A DNA stretch of 64,000 nt, from positions 135,222,001 to 135,286,000 of the forward strand of contig NC_059427.1 in assembly GCF_021028975.2 (NCBI RefSeq). The letters run 5' to 3'. The stretch comes from Sphaerodactylus townsendi. Its lineage: Eukaryota. Below, one piece after another: positions 11,501 through 23,500 of this stretch. The position numbers were made by a program, and so were the translations under genes. The stretch's first letter is position 1. Each line of letters begins with the position of its first letter. The notes under the pieces are model-generated. The model searched no databases. It saw only the letters and a list, made by a program, of their open reading frames with translations, and was not told where the DNA came from.

Positions 11501-14500
11501 GGGTTTTTTACCAGAGTTATCCTGGTATAATTATTATCTCGGTATAAATGCGGTACAGTGTTATCCTGGTATAAATGTGGAAAGGGCCTATGTTCCACAG
11601 TACCTCATATAATAGGCAAGGTCCTCTGATACTGGAAAAGGTATGCATCATGATTGGACGGAATAGATATGCATCTAGCAGCCATGGATACCCTATTCTC
11701 CATGAATATGTTCACTCCCCTCTTAAAACCTTTAACGTTGGTGGCCATCACCACATCCTAGGGCAGGGAATTCCACAATTTAACTACCGGTATGTGTTGT
11801 ATGAAAAAATATTTCTTTTATGTCTGTGTTGAATCTTTCACATTTTAGCAGATGACCCATGTTCCAGCTATCCTTACCCCCAAGTTTTACATTTTGGTCT
11901 TTGCAGTTTGTAAGCAGTGGAGAAAAATTCTGCTCTCCAATACCTCAGTGTGAAAGGCATACAGGAGGTTACACAAACAAAACAAATAAGATCATGGTTT
12001 TTTTCCCCTTCTGAAGAAAAGCAAACAAATCTTTTTTGAAATGTCAAATATGAGTGGAGCATGCTGCTTATTGAAAAGCAGGCTTGGATAGCTAAGCACA
12101 GTTCAAAAACATTAAAAATGTAACAAATCCAGAAAAGCTGCAATGCTCATAGATTAAAAATGTGCATATTAATGTCATCTTCCACTCTAGTTTCCTAGGC
12201 ATTTGGGGGTACTTACCACATGTGCTGCTTTGCTTTAGGGTCCATACTTGCAGATGGTTCATCTAACAGAGTAACATAAGGATTCCCAAGCATACTTAAA
12301 GCAAAGCATAACTGACAAGAGAGGGAGAGGGAGAGAAAAGAAAGGTGAATTTGATAGCTTTGTGTAAAAAAACTATCCGCGTTTGCTGTGGCGTACTTGT
12401 CTGCCTTCATCACTGGTTGCCTCTGACAAGCAGGGGGACAAGTGGGTGATCCAGCACAGTTGCCACAGAGATTCCCCTCTTGTTGATGACTTTAGCATAG
12501 TTTTGACAAAGGTGCTAATTGCTTTGAGGTTTTTTGGACTGAAAATTATGAAGTAAACAGCTGGGAAACCTGAAAAGATGTGAATAAGACATCCCATTTC
12601 CTACTCCCCCACTATTTTCTCTTTTCTTCCCCTGAAAGCCCCCATACAGCCCATTCCAAAGTGGGGAGGGGGGGAATGGGCTTGTGGAGCCAGCACAACT
12701 CACACCGACGTGTATTCCAATGCATTTGGCAACTATGCTGGTGGGGTGGGTGGGGTGTAGCTGCCCTTAGTCAGCTTCCACCTGGCTTTTTGTGCCAGGA
12801 ACGGCAACTCAGGGCCCTGGAGTTATGCCATCAAAAAAGGTAGCGTAATGCCATTTTAGCCAATGGGAGCTTTTGAGGCAGCTGGGATATTCCAGAGCCT
12901 TGCCATGCCATATGAAAGCCTTTAGGAGGCTTCCCTGCTTTTTTTTTCTCCTTGCCATCCCGCCAACCCACCTTGACTTGCCCCATCTTCAGCTTTCTCT
13001 CCTTCTATCTACCCAGGAAAACCATCACCCAGCTATGTGGTGCCTGCTACTAGGCCAGACCCAGTTACAGGGGACACCTCCCACTCCCTATCCCATACTA
13101 ATTCTTTCCTCCTAGCAACTACAATATTCTCATTCTTCCCTGTCTCCTTCTCTCCTTTCCATCCATCACCATTCTACATTTTATCTGCTCCTCATCTTCA
13201 GCTACATTTATTAATTTAATTTATATTCTGCCATGCTCCAAAAAAAGCCAAAGCTGCATACATCATTCCTCTTGCTTTTATTGTATCCTTACACCAAAAC
13301 TGTGAGGTAAACTGAGAATGTATGACTGTCCCAAGGTCAGTCAGCACCATGGCAGAATTGGGACTGGAACCTAGGAGCCCCAGATTGTAATCGAAAACTT
13401 AATCACTACGCCCTAATTGATTTCATGTAGTGAATACTGTTGAATAATAGTGAACATCCAGGGTGGGGTGAGTCATGGAAGTCATGTAGAGCAAACTGTC
13501 CATGGCTGTTGCCCACCCGGTTTTAGAAGGCTCCTTCAAAAACAGTCCTGGAAAGGGCCCTACTCCCTTTCCCTAAATTTTACTGACATAAACAAAATCT
13601 TCATCTGGCAATATTGGTGTAGCTGCCTCACAACCGTCACAGTCAAAGGGCATTTGTTTCTTAAAGCTACAGGAACTGCTTCTATTATTTTGGAAAGTTT
13701 AACACCCCACCCCACCCTTCACGTTTGCTTTTAGATTTCAGATTTTTCTGCAAATGTGAGGTTTTTCTCAGGTTTATAAAAATAACTGTCTTGTCTATAC
13801 ATGGCTCCAATTTCTGGATTTGGCCATGCTAAAATTAGATACAATGATACTTCAAATAAATAAACACATAATACTTGAATGGTAAATTCAGCCTTTTGAC
13901 AATGAAATACCTTCCGTTTGATTCCTGCTGCAAGTTTCTTTGTTTTTTTCTGTAGATGCTCCTTGAAATCAAGTGCACTGGAAACGCTGCAAAATACCAA
14001 ATGCAAAACATTGTTGTATTGCAGTTTTCTAAAGTACTACCGCATCTACAGTACAATCCTGTGCACTCTCGTCCCCCTTCCCCTGTGCACTCTCATCCCC
14101 CCCACCTTCTCATCCCCTATATATGCAAACATCTCCTTTTTTGGCATTAAATAATAATACACAATACTGATCCTGTTCAAAGATCACGTCATAGTAAACC
14201 AAGACAAAGCCTATAGAAGGGAAAAAATCTATTAACCTTCAAGCAAATGGAGTGAATATTTACCATTTTATGACTTGTTTCATGTCACTTTCACGCATTC
14301 CTTTGATGGCACCATATATTTCAAAATGCTCCTGCAATGTAATATCTGGCCAAAGTGGGTTTGTCTGTGGACAATATCCCACAAATCTCATAGAAGTATC
14401 TTCACCATTGTCACCTAAAGAATAATCTCCCATCAGCATCTGTGGACACATTGGTCTTTACTCAGTATTTTTATGGAATGTTCACAAGGAACAAAGTTCT

Positions 14501-17500
14501 TCACAGTGAATATATGAACCTCTACAGTAAAATAATCACAGCAGATATTAGCTTAGGAAGGAGATCTTAACTTACTTTTTCTATAGGAGCCTGTTTTGTG
14601 TGTGTGTGTTTTTTTAACCAGAACCTTTCTTGCGTATTCCTTTCCACAACAGTCATACATTTTTGTAAACATGGCCTTTTGTCCAGTTCATATTTCTAAA
14701 TCTGCCTGAAACATTTATGAATAAGAAATCCCCTAAACCTCATAGGCAGAGACTTTTCTCACAGTAAATTTGTCATTGTTTGTGCCTCATATTTTGTTAT
14801 GTACATGGAATGAGCAGTGAATGAGCAGCCGCAGGGTGAGGTTTCTATGGAGGTCAGATCACAAAGGATGAGAAGAATTACTGTAATTACCGTAATTACT
14901 GTAAACACATAAAACTATAGAAGAGGAGAGGTTGCAGTCAAATACCTGGCCTGAAGTTGGTTCCACTTCTCCCACCAGCATATTAATCAGTGTACTTTTC
15001 CCAGATCCATTAGGGCCCAATAACCCTAGTATTTCCCCTTTTAAAAAAAAAGGAAACAGGCAAAGAAGGTGCAGTTTTAATTCAGGAACCAATTATTTTT
15101 AGGTTTGTTTTTTTAAAGTGTATTCAGTAGTTACTAATTTAACTCCAACCTTTTTTTACACAAAGGGAGACATGGTTAGTTGCCACTTTTTTTATTCTTC
15201 TTCCAAGAAGGAAATCTCTCTTTTCATCATATTCTTTATGCAAACTGCTGACCAATATTGCTGGTTTCTAATAAAACAAAAGTTTACATGTAACTTAATA
15301 ATTAATTTGTTTGACTACATAGTATACAAATGTTTGCATGCAAAATGCCTCTCCATTACTGAAGATCGGGGCGTGCAGATAATATATTTTCTTACCCCCG
15401 CACTATCATGCGCATGTAGGGAATTGCAAAGGGAAATCTCCATTAGATTCATTCATTACACAGTTTGCATCTATTTCTGCAATTATGAGATCCTCGGCTG
15501 CTATGATTAGGGCTGCCTGACCTCTAGATGTATATGCAACAATATTTCTTACAGGATCCCTTACTTGAGAAAGATTGTGTGGGGAAAAAATGGGGCTTCT
15601 TTAAAATCAGATGGAAGACAAATGTCCTGCAATCAAAATGGTAACTTTGTAATTTCAGCACAATTTAGTTCCCCTGACTCAAGGAGCAAGAGTCATTATC
15701 ACAATAGAATCTGATGACAAGACATTCATAGGAACACAAAGACAAAATTTACCTCCTCACAACTCTGGCAGGTTGTCATCTCTTTAATCCTCAGTCTCTC
15801 TGCTTTAACATCTTCATCCTCATCCTCATCATGTGGCACATCTGGGAATTTCCATGGTTTTGGTTTTACAGGAGTTCTGAAGACGGGAAGCTATATTTAA
15901 TCTCTTCTCACTGGCTTGCTAAATACATTCAACAACACTGTCATTGGTGGGTCAGACCTGATAATTTGCAAAGCTGTACCCATGAAATCATACTCATGTT
16001 TTCATATCCAAAGTATTACTCAGGAAGAACTGATTTGACACGTGAGCTGCAGGAGCATTTAGACTAAGCACTTAGCTTTAGCTTTCACATAAATTTCTTA
16101 AAATTAAATGTAGTAATTCTCAAAATCCCTAAGTCCCAGGTTTTCAAACAATTTCTTATAATCTCCTAGTGGGCCATGAAATGCTACAGAGAGCCCATAT
16201 GGTTAATTTTGGATACTCACAAGATTTCCCCAAAGAGAAAATGAAATAAAAATCAGTAAAGCAATTAATCAATATAAAACAAATTTAAAAGAAGAGAATA
16301 ATATCTATCAAAACAGCAGCAATAAAGAGATAACTTAAAGAATAGAAGGAAGGCAACAGCAGCAAAATAGCTTGGTTTAACAACAAAGCAGAACAAGAAA
16401 CTAAATAAAGCATCAAATTAAAGACAGTGGCAAAATAAAAATGTTCAGGCAATCAAAAAATATAGCAGATTAGGGAACTATAAAAATTGTCAATTACTTC
16501 CTATAGCACAACAGTTCAACAAACCTTGATGAATAAAAATGCTTCTAATGGGCAGCAAAAACTACACATTTGGTGCCAGCCAGAGCCCTGTGGGAAAAGT
16601 ACTCCATAATTGAGATACTACACAGATCCTTGGGGCCACCCTCTCTGACATCAGGCAAAGGTGGTCCATGGAATTGATACTCCAAAGATGATCTTGGAGT
16701 GAAAGTTGTTTCCCTGACTTCTCTAAAAATATTGCCTTGATAATGATAATGAAACATTTGATGGCATATATAAATTATGCAATGGAAATTAAAAATTGGC
16801 TTTTTAAACAAAAAAGGATCTGTTAAAACATGCATCATAAGAGCTAAAATATTAAACCACTGAATTGAGGTTGAGTAATAAGCATTTGGGAGTGTTCCAT
16901 GATAAAAGCGTTCAAGAATCTAGCAGTTGGTTCAATAGTAGCAGTTGAGTTGCTCTCTAAAAGAACAAAGTTTTGACAGCATCTGTAGTGTTGCCTAGAC
17001 TGGTTATGAGAGGATTAAGTAGTTTTTCCCGCTCAGCTGCATATAAAGGGCAATGTAATACAACATGGTGGACAGTTTCCTCGAGACCAGGGTTGCAGGT
17101 GCAAGGTCTATCAGAGGATGGAAGATGGTGCTCTCTGTTGTATTGTCTGGTAGAAGGAAGAACATTGAATCTGGCTAAGGGGACAGCGCGTCTCAGAGTA
17201 GGATCATGTAGGAGGTGTAGATAGTTAGCTGGAGTGGGAAAACAAGGCAAGATATGCAGATGGATTGGAAAGCAGGTTTTATTTGCTTGTACTATCAATT
17301 TCTGGAAGTCCTGTTCAAAAAATTGCTTGTGTAATCATTCCTCATACCCACTCACCTGCCAGAGCAAAGCAAGCAATAAAAGGGCAGTTCTTCAATGACA
17401 AAAAGACCATTTAAGTAAGCATTTCAGAAGAGCCTTCAGTGCATACTTCATCCCAATTTACTGCTGTGCAGCCCTGTTTTGGCTAAATAATTTCAGTAAA

Positions 17501-20500
17501 AATTGCTGACAAAGAAAATGCACCACTGACCGGAAAAATGGATCCTCCCTTATCGATTTGCCACCATATTTCACTTCAAGATACCGCAGTAGAAAAATCC
17601 ACATTACACACTGGAAATAAGGCTGAAGAGAACAGAAAGATTAATTAAAACTTTTTGTTCCTTTGTCATTCTAGCAAACGGAAGATTTAAAATAGGCATC
17701 TGTGCAACTTTTGCAGTTGACCATTATGCAAGTAGAGGAAGTATCATACTATGGTATTGCCAGGCACTTGCATTAGTGCAAAGATTTAAGGTAAACATGA
17801 AGTGTTTCTGATAATGAAACTAAATTAAATGGTATCAACGAATGCTAGGAAGATCTAGTTCCTTAGCTGGCTCTTTATCATAGGCTTCATCATTTTCAAA
17901 TCTGCTTCAGTTCCTATAGCTTCAGGATTCCCACAGTGGAAGGTGCCACCACACCAGGGGCGGTGGAATCATCAAGTGGGATAGTAAAAATTTTTGAGGC
18001 AGGGGACGATGAGAAATTTTGGGGCTGTGCAGGGGGCGACAGAGAATTTTGGGATGGTAGGGCACCCACCTCCCCAACCCAGGACCTGGCTGCCAGACTC
18101 TATGGAGATGGAAGACACGGAAGGCTTCGCCCAGGAGCAACGAGCAGCAGGCTGGCAGCCTTTGCCTCCCACTGCTGCTCTGCTGCCTCCCTTCACCCAA
18201 TGCCTGCTCTCAACTAAGGCTTCACCACTCCATTTGCCCTCTCCCCCAGGCTTCTGGGGCCCAGGTGCATGCACATGTGAGGGCGGTGGGAGAGCAGCAG
18301 CCCAAGGCTGGTGGTTGCAGCAACCTATTGAGCTGCAGCTGCATGGCTCAGTGATTGGATGATAATGTGGGAGCACTCCTCTCTTGTGCTACCTGGCTCC
18401 CTCCTTGGCCCAGCCCACCCTCCCCCCTCTCTCTCCCTCTAGTGCCTATGGGTGCAATCACCAATGCAGGCTGTGGTGGGGAAAGGCGATAGGTGCCCCT
18501 TTCCTGACATGGCTCCTCAGAGTGCATGGCTCAGCAGGTGCCTCTGGAATCCTGCAAGGAATAATACCCAAGCTGGCAGACCAACCAGGCTAGAAAGTGG
18601 AAGCTGCACTTTGAATCCCAAGGAAACCCTAACAGATTGACTTTTGGGACTCCACATAGCTGTCCCCATTTTGGAGCACTGAGAGGGCTCAGCAGGAGCT
18701 TTCTGCTTGCAGTCCTGAAAACATAGGCCTGCCAGCCCCCAAAGAAGAGGAAAACCTTCAAGGTTCTCACTGCACATGGGCCTTCACCGCACATCTTAGC
18801 CCTCTGGAACTCTTGGGGAAAAATATGGTACTTACCGCTACTACTGAAACCAACAATCTTTCTGAATTTCGTTCCATCTTGTGCTCATGTTTCTGGGTTA
18901 TCTAACGAGGTGATAAAATTTGCTTAATTCAATAAATCGAAGTATTTTAATATCTTTTAAAGTGAAATAACAGTTATTTTTAAAAAATCATATACTTCTC
19001 CTTTGATTAATGTATATCTGAACTACAATAGTATTCCAACCAATATCATTAACCATATCGTTCTCTTTGATTGTCCATGCTGGATCTCACACAATTCTGA
19101 ATATTATCCAATTGGATCTAAAGATCTGCTTGATTTTTTTCCTAATCTAGCAAAATCCATCTTAATAATGAGTTCCAGTGAATTTGCAAAATCATTTTGT
19201 ATAATTTGGGATGGTCCTAATAATAGGCTTTATTTGACTTTATTCTTGTTTTAGGATTTTGCACGAACTGACACAGCTGCCTGCAACTTTCTGGAACTTC
19301 TACAGAAAATTATTCATGAGCCAATGTCTCATCAGAATCTATGGGGCTAATGAATGCTGTTAATTGCACATATATGCCTTTATAAATGGCAAAGTCATAT
19401 TAGATATTTTATAGAGCATGTTATGGATGATGAGAGATTGCATGTTTTTAATCTTCTGTGCGAGAAAACTCTTTGGAAGTTACAGGCAAAATAAAAACAT
19501 ATTTTAATTCATTGAAAATTTACCTTTATAAAAGAAATCAGAGACCCAATAAGAGGATAGATTGGAACGAAGATAGAAAAACAAGTGTGAAGAATAGCAG
19601 CTGCTGTGTAACTCCACATAAATGAAACTAGTTCAATTACAAAAGAACAAACCAAAGCTGCCTAAAAGAAAAAAATAAATAAAATTACAACAGAGAACTG
19701 TGAATTATTTTCAATTACTTTCCTCACATACCTTTCCACTAGATAACTTGCCAGACAAGAAAATGTATATACTCTGCCCTCAGACAAACATGTTTGCAGG
19801 AATGAAAGCAACAATATGTGACTTGCGCCTAAATTACATTTTTAAGGATCCTTTGCAGAAACAGCACAAATTAACATCAGTGGTGAATCTACAGTGATAT
19901 ATGCAAACTTAGGATGCTTTGTGAGAAAACAAAATATTTACAAGACTGAAACAATCCACTCTTTAATGTAAAAATTAACAAGCTTACTAAATTAAGGTAA
20001 GTTGGGAAAACAGAATTAATATAGCATTTTTAACTTACCATGGAAAAAATGAATGACCAAAATTCTTTAGTGTTCTGTATGGTTTTAAAGGTAAAGGACA
20101 CAATGTAAGTGAACAGAATTATTGAAGGCACATAGCCAATAAAAGAAAATACCTGTAAGAAAAACAAACATTTCTTAGAGTTGTTCATAGCTTATTGATA
20201 TGAAAACACAACACAGTTATGACCTAGACCATATTTCATTTGTACACTTTATAGAGCTGCACATGTCACAGAGGATTCCTGCAAGGTTTAATGTCCCCTT
20301 TTAACTTCTACTCCTTGACTCCCGTCCCATACAGGTACGTAGCAGTTCATACTGGTACCTCCCATACAGGTACGTAGAAGTTCCGCTCCTCTCCATACTG
20401 GATGTGAGGCTTTTCTTGAACACAGGCCTATTATGCACTTCTCATCAACCCTGTTGTGAGCATACATTTTCTTCAGGGCAAAGTTTCTCAGGTTTTCCTC

Positions 20501-23500
20501 AGTCCTGACTCAAGGCTTCAGATCCAAAAAGCCCTGCGGTTTTGTAGAGCAGGCAAAGTGCAAAGTTTTCCCTGACAGCACAGGAAATGTGAAAAAGGGC
20601 AGCATCTGTTTGCCCTGCTTTGGCTATTCCACTCCTTTACACCTCCCCACGCCCACTCAGCACCAGTTCTGCCCACTCCCCAGCAGGCATTTCCAGGGGA
20701 GCAATCAGGTTTTTTAAAAACATACACACACACAAAACACAATGTTCTATTGCAGAACACTGAAACATCCTAACAAATATTTAAAAGGTAGGAAATTTAA
20801 AGCTGACTGTCAACCAGTTGGACCAGAAGCTGCAGGAGGTAATGGCAGCTCGGCATGGAGCAAAAAGTGGAGTGTGCACAGAGAAACATGGGGAGACCAC
20901 ACTGCAGGGTGCACAGCCTCAAGGTGTTTCATGCACAATAGGCCACAGTCAGTACATGTACCCCTTAAGGGATGTGATTCACCTATGGGAGAGCACAGGC
21001 TCCCTGTAATTCCACAGGCTCCTTGTAATAACTGCTGAATAGCAAAGGCAGATTTGCTTTTATATTTTGTTACTTGGAAAACAAAAATGACTTTCTTACA
21101 ATTAATTCACGAGATTCATGAGGATGGTCTCAGTTCTCTGCCTGAATAGAGGCTGGACCAGCATCTAGCTAACTCTTGCTCTGGAGAAGGGTTCTTTACG
21201 TTCTAAACCACATCAGAAAAAGAAAGAACCCCACATGCAGAAATACTACGTGAAAGAGGAGCTTATATCTGATTGGGCTAGCCACTGGAAACAGATTTCA
21301 GCAATGCTTATGCATTCCTACCAGCTGCCAATAGGTTTTCAGATATATGGCCTTCTTTAATGCAAAGTGTGCTTTTTGCTCAAGTTGTATTATAAATGTT
21401 AAGTGTAATATAAAATATCTTCAAGACTATGTACACCAAGCATGTATGAAAAATTAATGCAATGATAAACATTTCTGAGGTCTGGTCTGCAATCATGGAA
21501 CCCTCTTTCCTTGAAAATTTAAGGAGAATATTTTTGGATTTACTGTAAGATATTTTCATTTGAGCAGGACACGTAGATAAGATTAAAGGGTTGGTAGAGG
21601 TGAGAGGAATAATCAATATGAATTTAGCCTGAAGTATCAATATCAGGGAAGAGATGGGGTAAAATAAAAACTTTTAACAAAAAGAGGAGAAGAACAGAAC
21701 ATTTAAGTGAAACAGAAGAAATCTTCACATTTATGCGAAACACAAGAAATCTTACCACAGCAAGAAACTTCTCTGGGAAAAAATACACTTCATGATGAAA
21801 TACAAACAAGCTTCCTATCATCAGAAGGAGGATAATGTAAAATAAAGGAATGTCGATTAGTGCTTGTCCACACCAGTAAGCAGAAGGATAAAGACCTGAA
21901 ATCTTCAGCTGGGTGTAGGCTTTGATCTGTAGAAGTACAAAAACAAAATGTTAAAATACATGTCAAAATATGAAGAGCGGCAACTCTAACAATGTGGTTG
22001 GCTCCTATGACTTCCTTCTGCTCCTTGCTGGTGCAGAGAGAAGTTTCCTCTGTTGGAGGAAGATTCTTTATTCAGCAGAAGGAAGTCACTCGATCCAACA
22101 CTGTATTTTTTCTTCTTTCCTTCCAGTTCTTCCAGTTAACCCACATAGGGAGCACCCATAGCATCTGCTGCATTCTGAAAACAGCATTTCTACAGTTCCC
22201 AGAATGCATTAGGCACCATGGCCATTATCCATCACCTGCACTTGGACAGGAAAGCAGAAAAATGGAGAGGTGCAAGAAATACCCTGTCCTCTCAACAGCC
22301 TTCCATCATCACCACCATTCCCCTTCAGTAGGGCAGATAAGTTGAGATGGAAAAGGAGAGGAAGAATTCTAAAGTTTCTTACAACCCCCAAAGCATGTCT
22401 AATGACATTACTGGATACACTGTGGTGTTCCAAGTTTGCCAGACACTCAGCAGATAATATAAACTATTTGTCAATGTATCCCAAATTGTTTAATTTCTTT
22501 GTGCTCAATTTTAAGGAGAAGGGGAAAGGGAAGCTCATCCATCTCTTAGCTAAACATGGTCTTGATGGTGTCCTCTCTTCTTTTCAACAGGTCTGTAAAT
22601 AGTCCTCAACATTAAAAAACCTAATTCTGCATTTCAGCTGAAAATAAACTTTTAAAAGATCGATTTCAATAGCACTGAGGAGATAATAAAACATCAAGGG
22701 TTGTTAGTGCAACTCACTGGATCTAGATCTTTATTTGTTCATAGTCCATAGACTCCATACAATTTTAAAGAAACAGATAACAGATAAACAAGTAATATTA
22801 TAATTGTGTGGAATTTAAAACAGTGTAAAACAGCGCTATTATCATATGATACAAAATTATAACTTCGTTATCTTCTGATCTCACTGATCGAAAAGAGGAT
22901 ACTCCAGACACTCACATGGATTCTGATACATCCCACTGTACAGTGGATTTCCTTAACAGGACCAGACAACAAGTATCAGCTTGAAAACAAGTTAGGACAG
23001 CATAATAAACTGAATGATACCATCTAATACAGATGTTGGAAATATTTTTTTATTATTATTGCTGTTTGTTTAAATATTGAATGCTTTAAAATTTCTCAAA
23101 CAATTATGACAACTCAGGGCACGGCCCACGTCTGAGGCGATCGTTTGTCCCAAACTTCCAAGCCACCCTTATGTCACCAATGGTAACAAAAGCACAAACA
23201 GGGGCAAAGGAGAAGGAGAGAAAAAGGAATTCCCCTTTCCCTGACACCTATTTCAAAGTGCCAAGCCCCAGGGAGATATTCCCTCAGGAAACTGGTTCCT
23301 CTCTAGCTGGAGGGATCTCCCCTAATAAAACCAAAAAAAATTAAAGTTCGCTGCCACCAAAAATATAATCTGTTCTGTAGCCCATAACCTGATAAATGGA
23401 CACCACTCTTTCTAGGAACACACACAGACAAAATAGACTGGAACGGTTGTAACTTAAACAAAACTTGAAAAGTTTATTACTGGCTTAAATGTAGGATTCT

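Larger units (their letters stand above)
7721..11860 (-). mobile_element. Old CR1 3' fragment split by nested insertions (pieces ~7721-7804, 11068-11104, 11592-11860)
   Basis: acataagaa...ggatcagacc...ggtgcct matches the reverse complement of the CR1 3' end at 29860-29949; the sequence resumes after the inserts. Confidence 0.7.
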
